Assembly: GCA_040753135.1 (NCBI GenBank)
Contig: JBFMGR010000004.1
Coordinates: forward strand, 1 to 54,022
Reading direction: 5' to 3'
Length of the DNA stretch: 54,022 nucleotides
From: Patescibacteria group bacterium
GTDB lineage: Bacteria; Patescibacteriota; Minisyncoccia; UBA6257; Brennerbacteraceae
The notes under the pieces were generated by a model. It did no database searches. It had not been told where the DNA came from and was given only the letters and a program-made list of their open reading frames with translations. The position numbers and the translations under genes are program-made. Below, one piece after another: positions 43,963 through 52,706 of this stretch; position 1 is the stretch's first letter, and every line of letters starts with the position of its first letter.

Positions 43963-46494
43963 TCAAGAGAGAGTTTTTTCAAACCTGACTTCAGCTTGAT
44001 TTAAAACCGCTTTGATCTTATCACTCTGGCCAATCTTTCCTTCTAAAATCTGCCGAGCTAAAACGTCTTTAATTTTTTGGGAAATTACTCCGCGTAAAGG
44101 CCGGGCGCCAAAAACCGGGTCATAACCCTGTCCAGCAATAAACCTGATTGTTTCCGGAGCAAACTCCAGAAAAATCCCCTGGGTTTGCTGAATTTGCTTG
44201 GCTAATTTGTTTAAATGAAGCGCGGCGATCTTTTCAATCTCTGCCAAGCTTAACTGACGGAAAGCAATAATATTGTCAAACCGGTTAAGCAGTTCGGGCT
44301 TAAAGATCTCGGTTAATTTATGCTTTAATTCTTCTTGAAACTCCGGCACAGTTTTGCCGCTCTCGATTTTTTCCCGGATAAAATTAGAATGAGCATTTGA
44401 GGTGCAGATAATAATCGCGTTTTGGAAATCAATTTTCTCATCTAGGTTATCAACTAAAATGCCCTCGTCAAACAAAGGCAGAAACAAATCAGCAATCTTT
44501 TCATTAGCTTTTTCAAACTCATCAAAGAGAATCAGAGAAAACGGATTAGCTTTGATTTTTTCAGTTAAAAGCCCATGAATCTCTCCATCAGGCGAACCAA
44601 TAAAGTTCCAGATCGATTTTTGTTCTTGGTACTCTGACATATCAAACCGAATCATCTTGTCTTCAGAGCCAAAGTATAAGCTGGCCAGAACCTTTGACAG
44701 CTCGGTTTTGCCCACTCCAGTTGGACCAACAAAAAGAAAGCTGGCAATCGGACCTTTAGGCCGAGACAGACCAGCCCGGTACTGACGCAGAGCTGAAGCA
44801 ACCTGCTTAACTGCTTCGTCTTGGTTAATTAATCTTTGATGAATATTCTCTTCTAAATTTAAAAGCTCTTTTGCCTCTTTGCCCCCAGCAATCTTAATTG
44901 GGATATTGGTTTTTCTGGCAACTAAATCAGCCACTAATTCCGGGGTTAAAACTGATTGGTTTTTACTTCTTAATTCCGCTGCCGCTTCCTGAAGCAGGTC
45001 AATTGAAACCCGAGGCAAAGGCCGAGAATGAAGATAGCGATAGGCCAACTCAACAATTTTTTTAATTGCCGGATAAGTAATGGTCAATTTCCATTTCTGT
45101 TCTAAAATAAACGCTTCATAAACCAAAAGCCGGATTGTTTGCTCTTGGTTGAGCTCTTTAACCTTGACCGGCTCAAACAGCTGTTCAAACTTTGGATTAG
45201 TTTCAATAATTGCCCGATAGAGTTTTGGCGTGGTCGTCCCGATCACCGGAATCAAAGAAGCCGCTAAAACCGGTTCAATCACTTCAAAGCCGCCTAATTC
45301 TTGTTCTTTGACGGTTAAGGCTAAGTTATGCAGGTCAGGAATAAACAAAATTATATTGCCGGCCAAAAGAATCTCGTCAACTAATTTTTGAAACCGTTCC
45401 TGAACCTCGCCGGCAGTGGTTGCCCCTGAAGTTATCTGGGCCAGATCAAGTTTAACCAGCCTTTTATCAAAGATCTTTTCCGGCACCGTATCTTTAATTA
45501 TTCGCAGGGCCAGATGCTCAATAATTGTTGTCTTGCCAATATCTTCTTCGCCAATTAAAACCAAGTTATTCCGCTCTTCTCGGGACAAAATATTCATTAT
45601 GGTTGCCAATTCGTTTTCGTGGCCAATCAAAAACCCAACCAAACCCTGACGGGCGGTTTCGGTTAAGTCTTCAGAAACAGAGTCTAAATAAGGCGTTGGT
45701 TTTGAAGTCCAAGCCCGATTAATTCTCGGCTTTTTTTTAATGGGTTTATCTGCCAAGGCTCTTTTTCTAATAATCCTTTGACTGATTTTTTTTGACAGCC
45801 CGGCAATGATAATCGCATTTTTAAAATCTTCCCGGGAAAAATTAATTTTTGGGGCCAATTCCTGGATTGACTTGGTTTTTAAAGAAAAAACCGCTAAAAA
45901 AATCGCTTCCGGAACAATGGTTTTCTGGTTCAGGCTAATTGATTCCTCAAAAGATTTACTGATGACTTTTTCCAGTTCAGCCAAGAATTCTTGCTTTTTT
46001 TGTTTAGCTAAAGAATCAAGTTGAAAGCTCTGGTCTTGGCGAAAGGTTTCTTCAATTGCTTGTTTTAACAGCGCCTGATCAATCCCAATCCTCAAGCAGA
46101 TTTGCTTAATCTCTTTATAGTTCAAAAGCTCGGCCAAAATAAAAACTCCCAAAGTTTCGGCAGACAAACTTTCAGCCCGGTTAAAACAAGTCTTTAAAAA
46201 ATTAAATGTTTTTAAATCAATAAACTGATTTAAAAGAATTTTCCCGCCTTCCTGATAAGCTTGAACAACTTTTGAATCAACCAAATGCTGGCCCTGAAGT
46301 ATTCGCCAACCAACCCCGGCAAGAAAAATCAATAACAGCATGCCCAAAACTCTAAAACTGAGCTTCGGATCTCCTAAAAAAATCAAAGCCAAGATAAACG
46401 AAGCAATAAACAAAAAATAAAAAATTGCCTCAACTAAAAACCTTTCGGTCCGGCTAAGCCTAAAAAAAGAATTGTCAAAAATTAAGTTCCCCAT
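43963..46494 (-). CDS. Membrane-anchored ClpB/ClpC-like double-AAA+ ATPase
   Basis: Two N-terminal TM helices. D1 has GEEDIGKT and ILFIPDLH (Walker B DE replaced by PD). D2 has GPTGVGKT and LILFDEFEKA, then the sensor-2 region GARPLRG. Confidence 0.8.
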   Translation of the reverse strand: MGNLIFDNSFFRLSRTERFLVEAIFYFLFIASFILALIFLGDPKLSFRVLGMLLLIFLAGVGWRILQGQHLVDSKVVQAYQEGGKILLNQFIDLKTFNFLKTCFNRAESLSAETLGVFILAELLNYKEIKQICLRIGIDQALLKQAIEETFRQDQSFQLDSLAKQKKQEFLAELEKVISKSFEESISLNQKTIVPEAIFLAVFSLKTKSIQELAPKINFSREDFKNAIIIAGLSKKISQRIIRKRALADKPIKKKPRINRAWTSKPTPYLDSVSEDLTETARQGLVGFLIGHENELATIMNILSREERNNLVLIGEEDIGKTTIIEHLALRIIKDTVPEKIFDKRLVKLDLAQITSGATTAGEVQERFQKLVDEILLAGNIILFIPDLHNLALTVKEQELGGFEVIEPVLAASLIPVIGTTTPKLYRAIIETNPKFEQLFEPVKVKELNQEQTIRLLVYEAFILEQKWKLTITYPAIKKIVELAYRYLHSRPLPRVSIDLLQEAAAELRSKNQSVLTPELVADLVARKTNIPIKIAGGKEAKELLNLEENIHQRLINQDEAVKQVASALRQYRAGLSRPKGPIASFLFVGPTGVGKTELSKVLASLYFGSEDKMIRFDMSEYQEQKSIWNFIGSPDGEIHGLLTEKIKANPFSLILFDEFEKANEKIADLFLPLFDEGILVDNLDEKIDFQNAIIICTSNAHSNFIREKIESGKTVPEFQEELKHKLTEIFKPELLNRFDNIIAFRQLSLAEIEKIAALHLNKLAKQIQQTQGIFLEFAPETIRFIAGQGYDPVFGARPLRGVISQKIKDVLARQILEGKIGQSDKIKAVLNQAEVRFEKTLS

Positions 46495-46826
46495 TGACTA
46501 ATAATTAAGAAAACCGCGACTGGCAGGACTAAAACCCAAACCAGCCAAATTAACAGAGCCAAAATAAAGATTAACAGATAAATCGTTGAACCAAGCAAAA
46601 TTCGGAACAAACGGAAGATCGGGCCAATAACCCGCCCAACCGCTGAATAATCGCCATAAAGCGGCTTATTAATCAGTTTTAAATTAATTACCACAGCAAA
46701 CTGCTGGTCTAAAACAGCCAAAAAGGATAGGGCCAAAGACCAAAAACGAGCTGTCCCGCCAATATACCAACCCCGGAAAAAACCAATAATCTCCTGAAAA
46801 ATTTTTCTAAAAATAAACTCTAACAT
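46482..46826 (-). CDS. Hypothetical 114-aa membrane protein (3 TM)
   Basis: Hydrophobic ORF overlapping the Clp-like start by 13 nt. Confidence 0.5.
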   Translation of the reverse strand: MLEFIFRKIFQEIIGFFRGWYIGGTARFWSLALSFLAVLDQQFAVVINLKLINKPLYGDYSAVGRVIGPIFRLFRILLGSTIYLLIFILALLIWLVWVLVLPVAVFLIISQWGT

Positions 46827-46871
46827 TGTTTGAATTATTGATTAAGGGTTTTAGATTACGGATTTTCATTG

Positions 46872-48170
46872 TTAAAACAAAGATTTCTGGGTTTTTAAAT
46901 CTTCTCTCTCGCTTTCCTCAAAAACACTGATTTTGCCATACTCGCCGTCGTAACCCGCTTTTTTTATCACCTTATCCTCCCTAACGCGCTTGATTGCTTC
47001 AGCCAAAATCGGCTGGCCAATGGATTTAATCTCTTCAATTTCCAGATCAGTCAAGATATTAACCTCGCCGCCGAACTGCTGACAAAGCTGGTTATAAAGC
47101 GCATAAACTTGTTTGCCTTTAGTAACCAGGCCTAAAGATTCAGCAATTAACTCGTCCAGAGGCACTAGGTTTTTAAAAGGCACAAATTTCTCCGGCTGAT
47201 AACCCTCTGGCCGATCAGCTAACTGCTCGACCCGGGACAAAACGCCGATTGTCAGCGGTTTGCCGCATTTTGGACAAAGGCCTTGATGCTCTTTAGTCTG
47301 GCTTGGAGCAAAGCTGATACCGCAGTCTCGGTGCCCGTCATAATGATACTTGCCCTCTTCAGGATAAAACTCAATTGTATAAGCCAGCTTTGCTTTCGGA
47401 TCCCCTTGCCCGGATAAAAGTTTTGCCGGCGAACTGTTTTTTACTGCTTTAATAATATTTTGATAACTTAACCCCTCTAACTCAAACACATTTGCCTCTC
47501 TGCCAATCCGTACTAAAGAATGTGAATCTGAATTAGACACTAAAGCGACTTTGTCCAGTTGGGACAGGCGCCAGTTCATTGCTGAATCTGAACTTAATCC
47601 CGTTTCAATCGCATAAATCTGCGGAGTTAATTCTTCAAAACACTGTTCCAAAGAATCAAAACCTGACATTGAGCCAAAAACTGAGAACCAGGGAGTCCAG
47701 GCATGAGCCGGAATCACCATGCAGTCTGGATTGGACTCTAAAACAATCTTAGCCAACTCCTTAGAATCCATGCCAATAATCGGCCGGCCGTCAGACTTCA
47801 GGTTGCCTACCCAAGAGAGCCGGGTATTGATTTTTTCTACTGCTTCTAAAGAAGGCGCCCAGATTAAGATATGAACTCGCCTGGTTTTTCCTGTTTTTGA
47901 ATAGATATGGCTGGTTTCCGCGGTTAGCATAAACCGAGTTGCTTTTTCAGAGCCAAAATCGGGGTCGTTTTTATAAACAAAAAGGCCCGATTCTGCCGGA
48001 ACCAACTTATTCTTCAACTCATTAAACCAATCCGGATGAGTAAAATCGCCAGTACCGATTACCTGAATGCCTTTTAACTTGGCATAAGCGCTTAAACTCT
48101 CTAGCTCCATTTTAGCGCTGGTCGCCCGAGAATATTTAGAGTGAATCTGTAAATCAGCAACAATCTTCAT
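46872..48170 (-). CDS. Endonuclease Q-like PHP-domain nuclease (TIGR00375-like)
   Basis: N-terminal PHP motif DLQIHSKYSRATS, GTGDFTHPDW, and zinc finger CPKCGKPLTIGV. Family assignment is from memory. Confidence 0.6.
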   Translation of the reverse strand: MKIVADLQIHSKYSRATSAKMELESLSAYAKLKGIQVIGTGDFTHPDWFNELKNKLVPAESGLFVYKNDPDFGSEKATRFMLTAETSHIYSKTGKTRRVHILIWAPSLEAVEKINTRLSWVGNLKSDGRPIIGMDSKELAKIVLESNPDCMVIPAHAWTPWFSVFGSMSGFDSLEQCFEELTPQIYAIETGLSSDSAMNWRLSQLDKVALVSNSDSHSLVRIGREANVFELEGLSYQNIIKAVKNSSPAKLLSGQGDPKAKLAYTIEFYPEEGKYHYDGHRDCGISFAPSQTKEHQGLCPKCGKPLTIGVLSRVEQLADRPEGYQPEKFVPFKNLVPLDELIAESLGLVTKGKQVYALYNQLCQQFGGEVNILTDLEIEEIKSIGQPILAEAIKRVREDKVIKKAGYDGEYGKISVFEESEREDLKTQKSLF

Positions 48171-48327
48171 CTCATTAGAAATTTAAGAAAGCTAATTCTT
48201 TGTTCAAAGAGACGAAGACAATAGTTGGCTTCGCCTTAGTTAAAAAGCTAATTCGCTTAATAAAGATTATTCTTTTTATTACTTTTGAGAACATAGACAT
48301 AATAGCATTGCCTGTCTCTAACGAGAT

Positions 48328-48711
48328 TCATAAGCCAATAGCTTTGGCTAAAAACCAGAAAATAAAGCCACCAACCCCCCATAAAGGCAGACTTAAAAAG
48401 CTAGTATAGCCACTAATAGAATATTTTTTATAAACCCAAAGCTTTTTATTCAAAATTTTATTATAAATCCAGCCTAAAAAATACTCGGCAAAAGTGCCGA
48501 CAACAGCATAAACTAAAAACAAAACCCAAATTTTAATTCCCTCGAAATAGGACAGGACTGCAATCGGCAATAAAGGCACCGTCACAAGAGCCAAGTATTC
48601 GCTCCAGCGAAATCTTTTGGTTTTTCTGCCGTATAGATAAACCAGCCAAAAGCCAAAAAGGCTAACAGGAATTGAAACCAAAGCAAGGGTAAGCAAAAAA
48701 TTGGTATTCAT
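48328..48711 (-). CDS. Hypothetical 127-aa membrane protein (4 TM; DUF1113-like?)
   Basis: Four hydrophobic helices. Weak resemblance to the putative ABC-transporter type IV family. Confidence 0.5.
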   Translation of the reverse strand: MNTNFLLTLALVSIPVSLFGFWLVYLYGRKTKRFRWSEYLALVTVPLLPIAVLSYFEGIKIWVLFLVYAVVGTFAEYFLGWIYNKILNKKLWVYKKYSISGYTSFLSLPLWGVGGFIFWFLAKAIGL

Positions 48712-48817
48712 ATAAAAAAATTATACCACAACTGCAAGCGCCCCTGAAAAGAATCACTAACCAAAAACTAATCCCTGCCAGAAGCCAGCAAGCGCCTTTG
48801 GCGGAAACTCCAACCAG

Positions 48818-48889
48818 TATCCCTGAGCAGAATCGAACTGCTATCTCAACCTCCGGAGGGTTGCGTTTTGTCCATTAAACTACAGGGAC
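48818..48889 (-). tRNA. tRNA-Arg(CCG), no encoded CCA
   Basis: Hand-folded: GTCCCTG/CAGGGAT acceptor (G1.U72), loop CUCCGGA, T arm AGCAG-TTCGATT-CTGCT. Confidence 0.82.
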
Positions 48890-48890
48890 A

Positions 48891-49526
48891 TCAAAACTTT
48901 GCCATCTTTGATTTTTCTGCTCCTTTCTGGTCAATAATAATTAAAGCATGAAAATCCTGATACAGCCGATAATCTTTAGGCAAATTTTTTTCAAATAAAT
49001 TCTTTAAATAATCATAGGTTAAATTTTTCGCCAAACGATGTTTTTTTACCCAGCGGCGAGTGTATTCATCAATAACAAAACTTGGTTTATCGCAACCGTA
49101 GAGCAAAATTGAATCAGCAGTTTCCGGGCCAATACCATAAAGCGAGAGCAGTTTTTTTCTCGCGACAATTAAATCTTCTTTTAAAAAACCTTTTAAGCCG
49201 GCATAGTCTTTGATTAAAAAAGAACATAAATCCTTTAATCGTTTGGACTTAACGATATAAAACCCGGCTGGTTTAATTAACTTTGCTAAAAATTTTTCTT
49301 TTAGTCCGACAATTTTCTTAATTGACAGAACGTCGATCCGATCTAAATTTTTCAGAGCCAACTCGGCATTATGCCAGGTGGTTCTTTGGGTTAAAACTGC
49401 GCTAATTATAATAATCTCTTTTTGTTTTAGGGTTTTATTCCGAGCGCACCAGTTCGGCCAATACCCAACTGGCTGGTCATATTGATTAAGAAGTTTTTGA
49501 TAAAGCGAATAAATCCTGTTTTTCAT
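48891..49526 (-). CDS. Endonuclease III-like HhH-GPD DNA glycosylase
   Basis: HhH motif LLSLYGIGPETADSILLYG and downstream VIDEYTRRW. The stop lies 1 nt from the tRNA-Arg 5' end. Confidence 0.75.
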   Translation of the reverse strand: MKNRIYSLYQKLLNQYDQPVGYWPNWCARNKTLKQKEIIIISAVLTQRTTWHNAELALKNLDRIDVLSIKKIVGLKEKFLAKLIKPAGFYIVKSKRLKDLCSFLIKDYAGLKGFLKEDLIVARKKLLSLYGIGPETADSILLYGCDKPSFVIDEYTRRWVKKHRLAKNLTYDYLKNLFEKNLPKDYRLYQDFHALIIIDQKGAEKSKMAKF

Positions 49527-49532
49527 CTCTGA

Positions 49533-50684
49533 TTAAAACAAACTATAATACAGCCCCAAGCCGCCGCCAACCAGTAAAATTCCTATTAAAGCCAAAACAA
49601 CTGGTTTTGAGATTGAAATCAGCTGATGGCGATAATCAGGATATTTTTTCTTAAGTTTAATAAACATCAAAACTACGAAAATAGAATCAGTGCTTATCAA
49701 AACCGAACCCAAAACGCCCATCACCTGGACAAAGTTGTTGATTCCGATAAAAAACAAACCTAAAGGCAAAAGCGCCACTGCTGCTTTTGAGCCTAACTTG
49801 CCAAAATTAAAATCTTTAGCAAAAGTCTGGACCGTATTAATGCCAAAAGCCAGATAAGAAGTCATAATCTCCAAAAACGCCAGCAAGATTCCGGCATAAA
49901 CCCAAAAAGCGGGCAGAACCGAAGTTAAGCCGCTGATCGCTTCCTCTGAAGTTTTAGCTCCGCTGGCGCCGAAGATAGACAAAGAAAAAAATAGGTAAAC
50001 CAAAGCCGGAATCAAGGTGCCAACAATAATCACCGGTTTGATTAAATTAATTTTTTGATGCTCAATTTTCAGCAGATTAACTATCTCCGGAATCACCATT
50101 GAGCCGATTAGGGCGTACAAGAACAACCCATAAGGAAAGAAAAATGATTCGGCCGGAGAAATGGCAAAATTAGCATAATCAATCTTTAAAAAAGCCAAAC
50201 TACTAAGAATCAAAAATAAAGACAAAGTAATCGTCGTGATATAGAAATTAATTCTGGCCGAGAGTTTCAGCTTTGCCAAAACCAAGGCCGTAGCTAAAAG
50301 CCAGAAAACAAAAATAATTAACTCTTGAGCAAGTGGCAAAACCGGTTTAATTAACAGCCCCAAAAATCTTGCCCCTAAAAGCAGATAAACCAACAAGCTG
50401 CCGAACACGCCCAGAACAAAAGAGGCCGCGGCAACGATCTCCGCCTTTTTGCCCAAATAAATTCTAACATAGCCGGGGAAACGATGGCTATTGCCGGTTG
50501 CCAGAATCACTTCAGCATAGAACAGATGAAGCAAAGTAACAAAAAATCCAAATGCTGCCAGCCAAAAAACATTTGCCAGCCAACCGGCTTTCAAAAATGA
50601 GTAAGGCAAAACTAAATAGCCGGCGCCGATAATCGTGCCGACCAAAAGAAAAACCGCTTCAAAAAAGACCAGTTGTTTTTTCAT
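49533..50684 (-). CDS. Amino-acid permease (about 11 TM)
   Basis: N-terminal FEAVFLLVGTIIGAGYLVLPY motif of amino-acid/auxin-type permeases. ATG 50684 preferred over TTG 50699. Confidence 0.7.
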   Translation of the reverse strand: MKKQLVFFEAVFLLVGTIIGAGYLVLPYSFLKAGWLANVFWLAAFGFFVTLLHLFYAEVILATGNSHRFPGYVRIYLGKKAEIVAAASFVLGVFGSLLVYLLLGARFLGLLIKPVLPLAQELIIFVFWLLATALVLAKLKLSARINFYITTITLSLFLILSSLAFLKIDYANFAISPAESFFFPYGLFLYALIGSMVIPEIVNLLKIEHQKINLIKPVIIVGTLIPALVYLFFSLSIFGASGAKTSEEAISGLTSVLPAFWVYAGILLAFLEIMTSYLAFGINTVQTFAKDFNFGKLGSKAAVALLPLGLFFIGINNFVQVMGVLGSVLISTDSIFVVLMFIKLKKKYPDYRHQLISISKPVVLALIGILLVGGGLGLYYSLF

Positions 50685-50754
50685 GCTCTTCAGAGTCAAA
50701 CCAAACTATCACTCAGCTAAGCTTAGCTGATTCAAACTCCGGCCAAAGCCCAAA

Positions 50755-51018
50755 CTAAGCTTCAGCCAAAAACGCTTCGTCGCCTTCTCTAACGCTCTCC
50801 AAAACTTCAGCGGAAACTTTCAAGCCGATCGCATCGCCTTTTTTTGCTTTTTCCACTTGTTCGTGCTCAATCTGAATTGAGTCAACTTTTTGCGACAAAC
50901 CACCGTCTTTGGTTTGAAATTCTAACGTATCGCCAACTTTCAAGGCATTATCCAGCTCTAAAATCACCACGCTGATTTTACCGTAAAGATGGGTAACTGT
51001 GCCGATTTTTTTTGCCAT
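50755..51018 (-). CDS. Small EF-Tu domain-2-like beta-barrel protein
   Basis: 87 aa, KIGTVTHLYGKISVVILEL..LKVGDTLEF..AKKGDAIGLKV pattern. Confidence 0.5.
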   Translation of the reverse strand: MAKKIGTVTHLYGKISVVILELDNALKVGDTLEFQTKDGGLSQKVDSIQIEHEQVEKAKKGDAIGLKVSAEVLESVREGDEAFLAEA

Positions 51019-51079
51019 AAATTTTAAAAAATTGTTTCGACCTCTTATTTTAACTTATTGTTATTATTATAACAGATCT

Positions 51080-51751
51080 CTAAAACTCTGCTCGACCGTC
51101 TTTGTCTATCTCCTTAACTGATTTTTGAATCAGCTCAAAAGCCTGATCGGCAGTCTCCACTAACTGAAAAATTTCTAAATCTTTTGGGCTGATATACTCA
51201 TTTTTTAAAAGCGTGCCCTTAAGCCAATCTATTAATGGCTGCCAATAATCCTTGCCCACCAGAATAATCGGCACGGGCTTCATCTTCTCTGTTTGAATCA
51301 GAGTGGTTAATTCTGAAAACTCATCCAGAGTGCCAAACCCGCCCGGAAAGAACACATAAGCTTCAGCCGCAAAAGCCAACATTACCTTTCGGGTGAAAAA
51401 ATAATGAAAATTGATTGATTTAGTGGTGTAAGGATTGGGCTTTTGCTCATGGGGCAAGCTGATATTCAGCCCGACTGATTCAGCTCCAGCCTCTTTAGCG
51501 CCCTGATTGCCTGCCTGCATAATTCCGGCGGCTCCGCCGGTTACCACCGCAAAACCCGCTTTTCCTAACCGCTTAGCCAGCTTTCTCGCTTCTTGATAAT
51601 AAAAATCATCTTCTTTCACCCGGGACGAACCAAAGATACTGGCGCTTTTTCTATAATCAGAGATCAGCTCAAACCCATCAACAAACTCAGCCATAATCCG
51701 GAAGATCCGCCAGATAATCGTGTTGCGAAAATCATAATGCTTGTTTACCAT
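51080..51751 (-). CDS. LOG-family nucleotide phosphoribohydrolase (TIGR00730)
   Basis: GGAAGIMQAGNQGA and PGGFGTLDEFSE motifs. Confidence 0.8.
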   Translation of the reverse strand: MVNKHYDFRNTIIWRIFRIMAEFVDGFELISDYRKSASIFGSSRVKEDDFYYQEARKLAKRLGKAGFAVVTGGAAGIMQAGNQGAKEAGAESVGLNISLPHEQKPNPYTTKSINFHYFFTRKVMLAFAAEAYVFFPGGFGTLDEFSELTTLIQTEKMKPVPIILVGKDYWQPLIDWLKGTLLKNEYISPKDLEIFQLVETADQAFELIQKSVKEIDKDGRAEF

Positions 51752-51930
51752 AGTATATTTTTGTTATATTTAATAAAGTATAGCACGGCCACAAAGAAAA
51801 TTTCCAATTTTTAATTTCTAATAGAACCCTACTAATTTATGAATTATTACTGATAATTACCAATCAATCTTACAGTATTATTGGTGCTGATTAGTAAATT
51901 GGCAGGATACAGTAATTTAACAATCAAGCA

Positions 51931-52419
51931 ATGAAAACAAGTGCTGGAATCCTAATCTATCGTTTTAATCAAGGAAAATTAGAAATTTTCTTAGTTCATC
52001 CTGGCGGGCCATTTTTCAAAAACAAAGACAATGGCTTTTGGTCTATTCCCAAGGGAGAAAATGGTAATGAAGATAATGACTTATTCCAAACTGCTCTAAG
52101 AGAATTAAAAGAAGAAACCGGCATCGATCTGTTTAGTCTGTCTGAAGAAAAGTTTACTAAACTCGGCTTTATTGCTTACAAAAACTACAAACAAGTTTAT
52201 GCTTGGGCAATTGAATATAACCTGCCGGAAAATTTTGAAATAAAAAGCAATTTATTTGAGCTTGAGTTCAAAAAGGGCTCGGGTAAAAAATACCAGTTTC
52301 CAGAGATAGACCGAGGCGGGTTCTTCCCGGTCGAGATTGCCAAACAAAAAATCCATTCCAGCCAAAAACAATTGATTGAGAGACTGGAAGAGATAACCAC
52401 TGATAAAACTCAATTCTAA
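51931..52419 (+). CDS. NUDIX hydrolase
   Basis: Nudix box ..PKGENGNEDNDLFQTALRELKEETGI. Confidence 0.75.
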   Translation: MKTSAGILIYRFNQGKLEIFLVHPGGPFFKNKDNGFWSIPKGENGNEDNDLFQTALRELKEETGIDLFSLSEEKFTKLGFIAYKNYKQVYAWAIEYNLPENFEIKSNLFELEFKKGSGKKYQFPEIDRGGFFPVEIAKQKIHSSQKQLIERLEEITTDKTQF

Positions 52420-52524
52420 ACTTAACTATACTTTAACCCACTTCCATATTTTAAAGTATGAAACTGGGTTAAATCTCAAGATTTGGTTGAAGTCTAACGG
52501 GTTCAGAGTCTAAGGTCTAAGTTT

Positions 52525-52570
52525 AAACCCTAGCAACTAGTTCGCGATCGCGAACTAGTTGCTAGGGTTT
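52525..52570. repeat. 46-bp perfect palindrome AAACCCTAGCAACTAGTTCGCGA|TCGCGAACTAGTTGCTAGGGTTT
   Basis: Read directly. Lies between convergent genes and may act as a bidirectional terminator. Confidence 0.9.
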
Positions 52571-52706
52571 GGTTGAGGAGTATGTCGAAAATAGATCTTG
52601 CGGTGTCGCTAACTGACTAAGACATGATAAGTGAAGAATAAGTCAAAATCCGGAAACCAATCGATTGAAATTATTTGCTGTTAGTTACCGGTTGTAGGTT
52701 ATTAGT

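Noticed and set aside
48200-48409. 69-aa + strand ORF between the EndoQ-like gene and the membrane protein.
   Set aside because: It starts with TTG, overlaps the 3' end of the better-supported minus-strand membrane ORF, is low-complexity and has no SD.
52525-52570. The 46-bp perfect palindrome as a protelomerase (tel) site or an MDA/assembly fold-back artifact.
   Set aside because: There is no telomere resolvase or phage genes nearby. The sequences flanking the palindrome are unique and non-complementary, which argues against a fold-back chimera.
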